Shown here piece by piece: positions 47,665 to 59,712 of a stretch of DNA of 64,000 nucleotides. The stretch spans positions 1,612,001 through 1,676,000 of the forward strand of contig OZ287076.1 of the NCBI GenBank assembly GCA_965645245.1, written 5' to 3'. The translations under genes were made by a program, and so were the position numbers. This DNA is from Massalongia carnosa. Lineage: Eukaryota. The notes beneath the pieces are model-generated. The model saw only the letters and a program-made list of their open reading frames with translations, searched no databases and was not told the DNA's origin. How positions within the stretch are numbered: position 1 is the stretch's first letter; the number at the start of each line of letters is the position of its first letter.

Positions 47665-48007
47665 GCGAACACTGTGTAGGAGCGAGGGTAGGAGGATGGG
47701 AGATATTACAAATTGCTCGTTTTCGAATGGAGAGGTCAGGAGTTTGACAGGGTAAAAAAAATATCTTTCTCTGGATGATAACTGGTCATGATGGGGAATG
47801 TTGAGGCATCGCTGCGTGAAATATATTTTTTTTTCAAAAAACAAAGAAATAATTCCTGAGCAAGACGATACTGGTGGGTGGAAATCGGTTGATTGGCATT
47901 CTATTTGTGGAAGCGCGTTATGTTTTTTTCTTGGGGGGGAGTCATGCCCGTAAGCGTAAGGTGGATAGATACGTGGGGAAGGATGAAAGCCACTATGGTG
48001 ATTTCCT

Positions 48008-49757
48008 TCATTCGCTGTCGGTAAATTCAGCGGTGCTACTGCTTAATTCGTCCTTCTCCTCGTCCTCCTTTTCTTCATTTCCATCTTCCTTCTCAACCCT
48101 TCTCGTTTCGCTCCCAGCCTGTTCTCTCATGATTGTCTCCCTCCTCCGCTTCTCAGCTAGACCCCTCCTCTCCCTCCTCCTTCGTTTTCGTTCCCGCTTC
48201 ACCCGTTCCTCCTCCGCCTTTTGCCGTCTCTCCCGATCCAGCGCCAGGATCTGCTTCACGGCCGCACGTTGCGTGTGTAGTGCGGCGTTTAGCTGCTCCA
48301 GAAGATGGGCGTTCTGTGCCTGGAGAGCAGGGCTAGAATCAGAACTGGGATCTTGTTGTGTGGAGGAAAGGAGGGAGAGAGAAGCGATTGATGGGTCGAG
48401 GAGGGAGGGAGGGAATGTGGGGGATTGCAGGGATGCCTGAAATAGGGACGGTGGGGAGGATGAGGACCAGCTAGGGAGGGAAAGGGGGGAAACGAATTGG
48501 GCTGTAAACGTGTAGTTTACGGGAATGCCAGTGGAGATTGAGAAGGCACTTGAGCCGAGAGAACTTTCGTAGCGAGGTTTGATAACGTGGTGAATTTTTA
48601 CTAGAGGATCGGAGTGGACCTGAAGACCGGTTAGGTCAAGCATCTTTAGGTTCGTAACGGGTGATACGAGGTCTGTTAGGGTTCTATCAAAGCGGCCTTT
48701 GGTGACATCCCAGGTCTGAATTGTGCCGCTGCGATGGCCGGAGAGAAGGGTAGTGCCGTCGTAGCTTAGGCTTAGACAGAGGATCGCTGAGGGGGTGGTG
48801 GAGCGGGAGTGCCATCGATCGGCTGGGGGGGGTTGTGTGGGGGTTGCTTGAAGGGTAGGGTCATGGAGGGGGTGAGTCAAAGTTGTGGTGGGGGGGTAAA
48901 AGTCAATGAACTGGACGCTGCCATCTTCATGACCGGCGTACAGGGCGCGGTCGCCCGGATCAAGGGTGAGACATAAGGCGGGCGTTGCAAGAAGGAAGGT
49001 GTGTAACGGAGTGCTGGTAAGATAGTCCCAGACTATACAGGTTTTGTCTTCCGAGGCGGAGACGGCGATGTTGGCTGTGCTGAAGCTGTGGCCAAAGGCA
49101 AGAGCGTTGATGGCAGCGCGGTGGTTGGAAAGGGTTCTAATGGGGGAATAGGGGAGAGGTTGACTTGGATCGGTGATAGTGTTCAAAGAGGCTGAGAAAG
49201 AAAGGAGCGAGGGGATGGACCAAAGATGGATGTTAGAATCCGGAGAACCGGAAAGTAGGAAGTTGCAGGTTCGGTCGACTGCTAGGCGGGTCGTAGGTTG
49301 GAGATGGGCTTGCGGAGTAGAGACTTGACGGCCGGTACAGAGCTACTTCTTGTAGTCAGAATATTAGCAAACGGTAAATAGCCTAGATTTTGCGGAGAAA
49401 GTCCACCTCCCACAGAATCACGCTTCCGCCCTCCATGCCCAGGACCAGCAAGCCCCACCCATTATCCGCATTGCCGCCTAAAGCAACGCTGCGTATTTTT
49501 TCCGGGAATGGAACTATAGCTTCTTGATTCTTGTGCTCCCTACTGTATACATGGATGACCGCTTTCTCGGCTTGAGCAGCAAAAATGTGCGACGTGCTGA
49601 CGGCAAGGCAGTTCGGGTGTGTGGAACTGTTCTTGAAGCTAGATTTCGCGCCGGGGATTGGCTTGAAATTATAGTGATGGATGCCGACCGCTTTGATGAC
49701 ACTGCTATTTGGTTTTTCTGGCGCTAGAGTGGAAGCAATGAAGTTTTCGGTGAGCAT
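48008..49757 (-). CDS. IPI3: Pre-rRNA-processing WD40 protein Ipi3 (WDR18), intron near 49344-49406
   Basis: MLTENFIAST...HIFAAQAEKAVIHVYSRE...QEAIVPFPEKI...WE-LCTGRQVSTPQAHLQ; WD repeats; C-terminal coiled coil. Confidence 0.9.
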
Positions 49758-49803
49758 TTTAATCGATATACCACAATGGAGAATAAATCGTAAGGAGTTA
49801 TAC

Positions 49804-49872
49804 GATGAGATGTGTGAAGGATCAGCAATTATCTTATCTTATCTCATTTATCTTATCTCGTCTATCTTATCT
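49804..49872. promoter_or_regulatory. Cluster of about 6 TTATC (GATAA) motifs plus GATGAG in the IPI3/SER2 divergent promoter
   Basis: TTATCTTATCTTATC...TTATCTTATC...CTTATC directly upstream of the IPI3 ATG. Regulatory role is inferred. Confidence 0.5.
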
Positions 49873-50036
49873 AGATATTAACCTAGTCGTAAAAAAAACT
49901 GCTATTTTAGGCCACCGGGGTAGCTATCTCCTTTGAAAACCACTTTCTTGCCCAATCGTGCCTACCGGGCAGGTCACTTCATATAAATCGACACAACACT
50001 AACTATTTTGGCTGTCGTATAACTTTGATACTCATC

Positions 50037-51312
50037 ATGGTGGACTCGACACCCGCTAATGGCGGGCAGACTTTCGACAAAAATGCAGAGAATGGTTTGC
50101 TCACTACCGAGTCTTCTCAAAGCACTCCAAAAAACAAGCTCGATTCCATTCAGGAAAGGCTCATTGTCACACTCTTTGCACTTTCTGATGCGTCCTGCAT
50201 CAATAACACTTCTGTGTTAACGTCTGAATTGTTCGGCGAATCGAATTCAAAAAATCATCATTTTCTATCTACTTTGGAATCTCAGTTTACCGAAATCTTA
50301 GCCGTCCTTGTCTCTCCTACACGATTTAATAAAAGCTCTTCTCAAACTCTCTCCTCTTATGTCCACCAAATATCGTATCTTACAAAACCCCCTTTCCTCG
50401 ATCCAAGAACTATCCGTCACGAACCATTACTTACCAGCTTCGAAAGCCAAAACTCTGTGGAAATTGTCTTCGACCTCCTCTCCAACCCTAGCACCCCCCA
50501 CCGGCCCATCAAGCTTGCGATATTCGATATGGACTCTACCCTCATTGAGGAAGAAGTAATCGACGAAATTGCAAGATCTATTGGCGTCGCTGCCGCTGTC
50601 TCCTCCATCACTGCGAGCGCGATGAATGGTGAAATTGATTTTGAGCAATCGCTCCGCCAGCGATTGACCTTGCTAGAAGGCGTCAACATTGACATTTGGC
50701 AGAAACTGCAGGGAAGTATCACCATCGCTGCAGGTGCTAGAGAGCTATGTACGGAGCTAAGGAAACGAGGCGTGGTGACGGCTGTTGCAAGCGGTGGGTT
50801 CGCACCAATTGCAGAGTGGTTGAGGAAGGAACTGGGACTAGATTATGCTTTTGCGAATTATGTACGTCTCCATGGTTCCTTGCCCTGTCTCCATTCTCAT
50901 ATCAAGATAGACACATCTTGATCCTTCCCTTCCTTCCGCCTTTGCCCCGGACCCTTATAGCGCCAAGTGCAATTACCATGTCTAACTGCTCTCACAGCTC
51001 CTCACATCCCCCCCAACCCCCACTTTTCCATACGAGCATCTAACCGGCCACCTCGATTCCACCCATCCAATCGTAACTCCTGCCTTTAAACGCGATACTC
51101 TCTGTGCCCTTGCAGCCATCCACTCCATTCCCCTATCCCAAACACTTGCTGTCGGCGATGGCTCCAACGATCTGCTCATGCTGGACGCAGCAGGGATGGG
51201 GGTTGCCTGGAAGGCGAAGCCGAGGGTCCAGAAAGAGGCGCCGCAAAGACTGAATGGGAAGAGTTTAACGGATTTGCTGTACTTGTTTGGTGATGGGACG
51301 TCAGGAAGTTGA
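50037..51312 (+). CDS. SER2: Phosphoserine phosphatase (SerB/HAD family), one intron about 50862-50997
   Basis: FDMDSTLIEEEVIDEIA, AMNGEIDFEQSLRQR, VASGGF, AFAN, AVGDGSNDLLML...AWKAKP. Confidence 0.93.
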
Positions 51313-54300
51313 GATGATGAAATCAGGGAAAGGGGTTTGTGGTTGTACGGCACTCAAAAAGGGACTTGAATAATTGCGGCGCTTTTGCCGAACCGTAGGT
51401 ATCTCCTATCATTTCTAAGATCGGTAACTTTGAAAGTCCCTTACATCTAGGCATGCTTCTTTACGAAACATAGGCTTGCTTACCCAAAGGTTTAGATATT
51501 AAAAAGTGTCGGCTGAACTAGAAACCCAAGGCGATAGCAGTCTAATGGAACGGATAATCGCTCAACTCCAAAGATGCCCTAGCGAGCAGTATCATCTTTC
51601 ATGATGCGTACTTTGGTTCAGCCTCGACCGAAAAACTGCTGCAATCCCCCTCATCCATCATCTGAGGGTGATTCGTTCTGGCAGGAAGGTTCCCCTGCGA
51701 AAGCTGGAGTTTCTCAAACCCCTTGGCAAAGGATTGGGTTCGTCTGGTTTATATGGTGCGGGAACCCGTTCATCATTCAACGCCTATATATGAAAAGAAC
51801 CAAAACTGGTTGCCCCCCAATCATTGCTTCTTTGAGCTTCATAAGATAGATGTAGCAGTCCTTGCGTTTCATATAGGTTTCGTTTCGGCTACTGATTCTG
51901 TTTGTTCAAAGAACCCCAACAATGATAACTAGGAAGCAGAGGATCCAGCTTACTATTCTACTACCATCAATTTCTTCTTTAAATAACATGGGTTGTTGTC
52001 GACATAAACGGCCTGCGTCGCTCCTCGCCGTTCGTTACTACTAGCATTGCAAAGATCCTTCGTTCGAAAACTCTTCACAAGTGGGATTTTGAGGGAAAAA
52101 GGTCTTACATTTTACCCATCCCGTCTTTCAAGCCTTTTAGGTTCTTCTAACGTACTTAACAGGTTTTGGACCCTTTACCCGCAGCTTGTCTCAGCGCCGA
52201 CCAGCCCATCGGACTCTTTCGTCCGCTTTTCGACATGTTCCTTTTGTTGGTGAGATGAGACATCTTTGGTCTTTTCAACATCTTCGGTAGTTTGGATGCA
52301 AATAGACAAAGTCTATATCTTCTTTCCTGGCCATTTAGAAATGGGGCTGTTCCCTGCTCGAGCTGTCCATTTGTGTTTTCATCTACAATATCCACCGTAC
52401 TGACTTCATCTTTCACAACCGCGTAAAACCATTACCCAAATACTCTTCTCCGTCCGCCTTCGTTTTTCTTTCACTTTCAGAGAGCGAAGTCTATTATTCT
52501 TACTCGCTCACTGCCATACATATCACCTCCACTTAACACAACACTTCTGCTATGGCAAGCCGCGTGTGGGCCAGGAAGCTTTGGAGATATGCGGTTATGG
52601 ATTGTCATTAGATAAGTTTAACATGATGAAGTAGACTCGAGGGAAAACAAGTCTATCAGTTCTTGGAGCCTTTTCTCCGTATATAATATTTACATTGATC
52701 TATCATTTTGTACATAATTCAAGATTTCAAATTCAGCAAAGCGAGACGGGCAGGCTTGAGGAATTCATACACGTCAAATCTGGTAGTGTCTTGTTTATTC
52801 CCACCTTTCCGTTGATTATTCCCGTTAGTATATAAAAATGTAAAAGAAAAACTGGATATTACGGCTTTATCTTTAAGTCAACTCATCGACTTTCATCTAT
52901 CGCTTTTTTGGAGAAACTGTCGTCTAACTTTATGAAATCGGCGGAACCACTTCCTCTCGCCAGCTTTTACAGTGATCATTCTCTACTCTGTGAACAAGCA
53001 AGCGGCCTTCTTAGACCATCCTGAAAAACAAACTGCTGGCAGATTGCCGGAAAAGCTCTGTCTCAAACTTTCATCGACTTGAAAATGCTGACGGTATGGT
53101 AGCCCCAATCATGCTGCCCCCCACTAGCCCTGAGCACCAACAAACTCAAAGTGCTCCGGGTACCAACCTGCAAATCTCCAGTTGACATCCGCACAGATAT
53201 GGTATATCGAACCACAATATCCCTTCTCCGCTAGATCGGTAGTAGGACGGGCTCGTTGTCCAAGGAGTCAATGTACGAGCCGCCGGGTAGCATCGAAGCT
53301 CGCCAAATTATTATTTCAACTCCTTGGTTAGCGTGAGTCTCGCGTCTTGCTCCAGCTTGTCCCATGTCATCGCGAGGGGTTGCTCAGGATGAATTTCTTA
53401 AAGTCATACTCATGGGACTCACTTTTAGATCCAGGCACTCGCAATCTTCCACAAGGAGATCGACCCAATAATGATTTAGCACCGGACCGTAGGAATAGGA
53501 GGCGTAGACTTTCGGAATCGGCATGGAAGTGAGCTCGGCAACGGACAACACGTTCTGCGCCTCGGCCCAGGCGTAACCTCTGCACCAATTTTCACCACTG
53601 TCCTAGTAGGTTTCGAGGATGAGCCAAAGCGCTCGACAACGAAGGCTTCGACTTCTTTTAGATCCGGAATCCGGAAATCGGCGGTTGCGTAATAAATTTT
53701 CATCATCGGTTTGCCGGGCCTCCTTTTTCAGCCGCCTAGGGGCCGGGGAAAGGACTTACGGGGCCGTTTCCGCTCATAGATGCTTGTCTGCTGCCGTTTT
53801 CTTTAGCATGACTTGTTTACTTTGGCGGCTCTCCCCCATTTCGGGAAGACGGAGATGGGGGTCCAGCGGAACAAGCTGGCTGACCTGGATAGGAAATTTC
53901 CTTAAAGTTGTTGTTGGATTATTTAAACCATTTTTTGTAAAAAGTCAACGAAGAGCGGAAAGACTAGGGGATTTGAAGAAATGATGATGTAATCAATACT
54001 GATAATTGATATCTCAATCCCTTTTTTTTTGTTTCCCTCCAACTTTACAGATATGTATATACAGACAACCCCTTCTCCCAACAAACAAACAAAGAGCGCC
54101 CCACAATCCTCTTTCGCCATCACTATCGTCATCCCAATTTCGCTGTTCGCAAACAGGGAAGGCAATGCAAGAAAATGCGGATATCATGAAATGATGACAG
54201 GAACAGGACCTAATTAAATGGATAAAATAGATAGGTATATGAACGAAGAAAACCACCACCACCACCACCACAACCACAGCAACAACAATAACCTCAGGGG

Positions 54301-55063
54301 GGGGAGGGGGGAAGACATACCTACCTAACTAGACAACACTTATATTTTCCAACGAAAAAAAAGAATAAAAAAGAAGACAATATAAAATTATACACGTACA
54401 GTTTCTCTTTCTTATCGAATTTCCCTCCTCCCCCTTTTTCCCCCCTCCCACAAGATCACGCGATTATCAGCTCAGCTTCGATCCTTGCTTACCCTTCTTT
54501 CCCCCCCCCCCCCCCCCTATCTCGAATAAACAAGGAGATAGATTATGTACAGACATGAAATATCATCCCTCTCTTCCACCCCCAGAAATCAAACCGGGAG
54601 GCAGGACTGATTACTTCGTTCTTTCTTTCTCTCTTTCCTACCTTCCTTCCTTCATTCTTCTCAGGGACATCCCCCATCCATCTTCCCAAACTACTTGTCG
54701 ACTTCCTACCCCCAATAAAACAGTTCTGTCAAGTTCAGATGCTGGCCCCCCCCCCTTTCGGGCCCTGAGGGTTTGTGGACATCGTGGGGTTTTACGTTTA
54801 TTTAGGGGTAGTCTACTCGGTTGTAGCTGCGGTTGTAGCTGCGGTAGCGGTTGTGATGATGGTGGTCATGATGACGACGACGACGACCAACACACAACCC
54901 ACCCCCCAACTCCCCAAACCAAACAAGATTCCCATGGCGAAAGTCTCACGGTAAGACCAGACATTATGCATTTAGTATTTATCACCCGATAACAAAATAG
55001 GTGCCGGCACCTGATATGTACAATCCTCAAGGGCTGGAACCGTCGACCGGTAGGGAAACCCGC

Positions 55064-56437
55064 TCAACGATCAACTCGTGCCACCTCATCAAAGAAGTGT
55101 CTTCTCCTTACACTAAAGGCCGCATCGTCGTCACGCTCGTATTCGCTCTCGCTCTCGCTCCCACTCGCGCTCCCTTCATCATCACCATCACCATCCCATT
55201 CCTTACCCGCACCGCCCAAGATATCGACATCCCAATAACTCGCGCACCTCTCCCTCCTCGGCCTCCGGCCCTTCCGGTATGTCTCCACGTACGGGCTTAG
55301 GCCTGCCGCCCCCGGCTCTCGTCGCTTTCTGAAAATGACGGGCGTTGCGGGAGTATGTCCTGGAGACGACGAATTGGACAGAGGGCGGGTTTGCGCGTCT
55401 CGGGGCTGTTTCCGCTTTGGCGGCTGCGCGATTGAAACCGGGTGAAGGGTTGTTGAGGGGAGTTGATAGCGGATTGACGGGGAAGAAGAGGGTTTGTGGT
55501 TGGCATGGTAGTAAGGGAGACGGGATGGGGTCTGGGGAAGAATGACATGAGGTTTCGGAGATGAAGGTGAGGGCAAGGAGAGTGAGGGTAGAATCGGGTA
55601 GAGGGGATTGGAGTTTTCCTTAATGCGTAACGCTCTTCGTAACGGGTTCGACGTTGGAGGTTTTAGCTTTTGCGGCTTCCTGGGCGATACCTGGAACGCT
55701 CTCGGACGCGTTAGTGTCTGAGTTTTTGGAAATGATTGAGTGATGGTATCGTCGCCTGATAAGAGCTTTTGGTGGTGATTTTGTGGGTTCGGTGTCACAG
55801 ACTTGGGTATCGCATTCCGCCATGTGTTTATTTCTTCGATCTTGTTATTGCCATAGGCTTTTGCTAGTGGTATTATGAATGGGACTCGATGACTGGAGTG
55901 GCAGTCTGAGTCATTACTGGAAAGAAATGGAGATGTTCCAATCTCATTCCTATCGTTGAGAATTCCCCCTGGGGAACCGTCCGCCAAAACGGGTTGGAAG
56001 ATGGGCCCGTAGGGAATCTTTGGCGGCGTTGATGGTTTAAGGATAGCTTGACACGAGTGGGGTTTTATGTTAATTGCAAATTCATCGTGTAAAGAAAAGC
56101 TCACATTGTCCCGATTACTTTGACCAAACGGTGTGCATCGGGCCTTTCGGGATTTTGATAAAGATAGCTTTGGAGCGGAGTTTAGAGCCTCCAAACTGCA
56201 TGCGGCGGTCTGAAAAATACCCGAAATCTGAACAGCATGGCTCGGGCTCGGCGCTGCACGAAGAAATGCCAGCTTTGGGCCTCGTTTTCTACTACTATTC
56301 GGCGTGGTTGTCCCAATGGATTTGATGGCCGTGCTCGTTCTAAGAGGAGATTGCTGGGCCTTATGAGTATTTTCTGGGACCATAGAATGTGTTTGATGAA
56401 TATAGGACGTGCTCGTGTCAACTTCTATCAAAAGCAT
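55064..56437 (-). CDS. Hypothetical Ser/Pro/Arg-rich protein; 5' end undefined
   Basis: 457-codon open frame with ordered-looking C-terminal motif GLSPYVETYRKG...RRERCASYWD and an acidic tract. Confidence 0.6.
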   Translation of the reverse strand: MLLIEVDTSTSYIHQTHSMVPENTHKAQQSPLRTSTAIKSIGTTTPNSSRKRGPKLAFLRAAPSPSHAVQISGIFQTAACSLEALNSAPKLSLSKSRKARCTPFGQSNRDNVSFSLHDEFAINIKPHSCQAILKPSTPPKIPYGPIFQPVLADGSPGGILNDRNEIGTSPFLSSNDSDCHSSHRVPFIIPLAKAYGNNKIEEINTWRNAIPKSVTPNPQNHHQKLLSGDDTITQSFPKTQTLTRPRAFQVSPRKPQKLKPPTSNPLRRALRIKENSNPLYPILPSLSLPSPSSPKPHVILPQTPSRLPYYHANHKPSSSPSIRYQLPSTTLHPVSIAQPPKRKQPRDAQTRPLSNSSSPGHTPATPVIFRKRREPGAAGLSPYVETYRKGRRPRRERCASYWDVDILGGAGKEWDGDGDDEGSASGSESESEYERDDDAAFSVRRRHFFDEVARVDR

Positions 56438-57234
56438 TTAGTGGTTGGTTTGAGGAAATGAATGACGACGTTTTGATCACTAGACTTTACAGGCGTGACA
56501 AGAGCATCGGGACTACTCACGGCCGCAGAACTCGGAGTGGGCTATTCGACCTCGCTGAAAGCACGGAGTTGAGCGAGATATTTTTGATGAATCGCCGGCC
56601 TTTGCCATATTCTTGCAACCAGGTCACTCCTAGGAGATAGTAATTCGAGAGCCTGTTCCTGCGGGTCTCTTGACGGAGAAAATTCTCTTCACGACAGAAG
56701 AGGCGCACAAAGAATGCAATCGTAGATACTAACAACGAGAAATGCAGATCTAACGGGATGTGCTCGAGAAGAGGTGTTTTGGAAACTTGACGAGACCGAA
56801 ACAGAGGAGTATGGATGGAAACATGGTGACATAATGAGATTCAAGCTTTCTGAAGCGATAGCCACAAAAAAGGAAGGAGGCACTGGATAGGTTGAAGCCG
56901 TCCTACCGTTCAAGCCATGCGAATTCGAATAAAATCACTCCACCGCCAGTCATTCCGCCAACATAGCAACCTTTCATTAGTTCGCCAACGAAACATTTAA
57001 GCTTGGTCGTGTCCGCAGAAGCAATGATAGAGTCATCTCGTCCGGAAAGCTACAAGTTCACTTCTCTTTTTCAGTAAAGGTCGGCGGACCTGACTGAAGA
57101 TATTTGCATGTTGGCCGTAAACCATCATTCCATCGTGCCCGCTGCGTTTGTTTGTTTGTTTGTTATTTATTTATTTTTTTGGAATCACTGGAGTAGTCTA
57201 GGTGACTGAGGGTGTGGGGTTTCCGGCTCCAGCG

Positions 57235-57304
57235 TCTGGCTCTGGCTCCGGCTTTGGCTCTGGCTCTGGCTCTGGCTCTGGCTCCGGCTTTGGCTTTGGC
57301 TCTG
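57235..57304. repeat. Hexamer microsatellite (TCTGGC/TCCGGC/TTTGGC) x11
   Basis: Directly visible. Confidence 0.9.
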
Positions 57305-59712
57305 CTTCATGCAGGTACAACTCGGCATTCAGACCCTGTCAAAGGCCCGGATGGTGTGGTGGCGGAGCCTTGTCCTGGACCTGCGTCGACTTCCAAAAGG
57401 AGTTTGTTCGTATGACATTGAACCACCATACCTCCTTGCTCTTCCGATTTCTCTGCATCCGGAACAGAGTATTCTGATGTTTGCTTAAGCTTTGACATCT
57501 CATTTATACTCAATACCTCTAGAATACCGAGTACCGCATGAATAAGCGAAAGCGAAAGCGGCTAAACCTACATTTTACACATGTAACTAGTGAATCAGGC
57601 ACGCCAGGACGGTTCAATTACATGAAATTCATGAGAGAAAATAAACACCTACCTTTGAGTCGAATGAATTGAAGCTGTGCAAGTCTCAATACAAGCCGAT
57701 GAAACCCTAAATCCACCGTACAACATGCGACCCCCGCTGTCTTTCTCCCTCTTGCGCCTGTGTGAGTGCTTCACGTGTTGCTACGTTCAAGGAAAGGGTC
57801 ATGGCGCGACTTGCTCTGACCCGCATGAGGTTCCATGATCTCCTTGGGGGTTATGGGTTCGGAGTTGAAGGTGATGCTGGATCGCACGGAATTGATATAT
57901 CTACGAAACAGAATCTTTCACTGCGATAACGTGTCATCCGTCGTCACTGGGTGGGACAGTTGCCTCATACAACGTCCACGTGCATGAGGCATGAGCCGTC
58001 CGGCACGTGGGATGAGACGATCCATCAATATCGAGATCCTTTAAAATCATCAAAATCATCAACCTCTCGGGGGAAAGTGGACGCGTTACAACTTCCGACT
58101 GACCACCTTACTCCTCCCCGCTCTGAATTCTCGCTAGAATTCTCCTGAGCCTTCCATCCGGGTGCAAGACACTCTGTAACGTTCACTAAGGTACAGAGTC
58201 CCTAGTGAGCGTGGATGCCGATACGCCGAAATCCTTCGACGCACAAAAAAGGGAAAGCGTGGGAGAATGAGTTTGAGAAAGAGTTTGACCTTTGTTCACC
58301 CTGCTTCTGCACATGCGCAGCCTTCAATTGCATAGCATGCTATGCATGCATAACATAAATCGAAAAGTGACATAGACGTGCATAAATGTGCATAAATGTG
58401 CATAATAGTGAAGAGGTGCATAAATGACATCGCGATGGACCCTCCCCTGCTGCGCTTGCAGGCCCGCTAAACCAATCAAAATAATTCAATATTCCCCAAG
58501 GCTCCAAATCGCGCCTGAAAATTAAAAAATAACCTGCCACCACTGGGCTCATTTCTCGCCCGCGCCCCCTACCGACTCCTTTCACCTTTCTAGCTTCCCG
58601 CTCTCTGCTTCCATTTCACCCTTCCCCGAGCAGAACCTGTCGGCCTAACGCCAATGGGAAGTCTTTTTTTCCCGTTCGTATCGTCACCGTCGCTACTGGT
58701 CCCTAGGCCTGCCAACCTGCCTGCAAACGAAGCGCATCCCCACTCGTGGCGGTGGAAAGGGTGGGCCACGCCAGGCCTTTTCTATGCCGATCCAATTGGA
58801 CACCTTCTTCCTCGGGACCCCTTCTGGGCTTCCTCTTCACATTGTCTTTTCGTTGTATGACCAGTCCATCGTTCATCACATACCACCAGTGGTCCAGCTT
58901 GAGGCTCCTTGCTTTCTTGGTACACTGCTGCTGATTGTAGCTTCCTTCATCCTTGTGTTTTGCCAATTGACATACTAGCCTCTTCAGGTTCGCGATTCGA
59001 TCCGAACGATATCTACGACATATTGGGCCGTACATGCTAGGGAAACCGATTTTTGTGTCTCTTGTTTAGCATGCTTCAAAACAGCACCGAGCGAAGCAGG
59101 ACGCAGATTGATATTTGAACCTAGCGTACGTCGGCATTCTTTCATCTTTCGTTGCCAGTCAATAGGACAAGTGGAGTATGGTAGTAAAGGAGGGGCCGAT
59201 TGAGCTCTATCCGCTGTCTTTGAGAGGATAGGGCACCGACAGAAGTGGACTTGGGTTTGTGAACGTCGCTTTACATTCTACATTGTAAAAAACACTGGAA
59301 CGTATTGCTAACATGCGTCGTCACGTAGACATGATTAGAGCTTGTCATCGGCATTACAATAAGCTCTTTTCTCCGTTTTCCAATTTCTATGGTTGTACCA
59401 CCGCAACCTTTGAGAACAACACCATATCGCCATATACGTTGGATCTATCGCTCTCCCTCTTCTCTCTCCTTGGCTCATTGTGAAAAATGCTCATTTGAAC
59501 CATACCTACAACGCCCTTGGAAAAAGATCGATTGATTCAACGGGGCCGAATTGTCCGCCATAAATTTCTGTTCTGGGACATTCCGAGCGCTGGACCTTGA
59601 CGATATATAAAAGCCGTTTCGTAAATGCGCCATCACGACTGTTGATTTATGCGTCAAGCGTTGCCAGTGTCGTGTGTGGTCTAGATCTTGATTTCGTGAG
59701 TCAGGCTGATAG

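Larger units (their letters stand above)
43870..47674 (-). mobile_element. hAT superfamily DNA transposon (3805 bp)
   Basis: Perfect 20-bp TIRs CAGTGTTCGCAATGGAGTGA (43870-43889; 47655-47674), 8-bp TSD TGTAGGAG (43862-43869; 47675-47682), subterminal arrays. Confidence 0.97.

Noticed and set aside
51600..54300. Short ORFs including 53347-53984
   Set aside because: No frame gives a coherent protein; cannot support a gene.
57202..57477. Gly/Ser-repeat ORF
   Set aside because: Product of the hexamer microsatellite.
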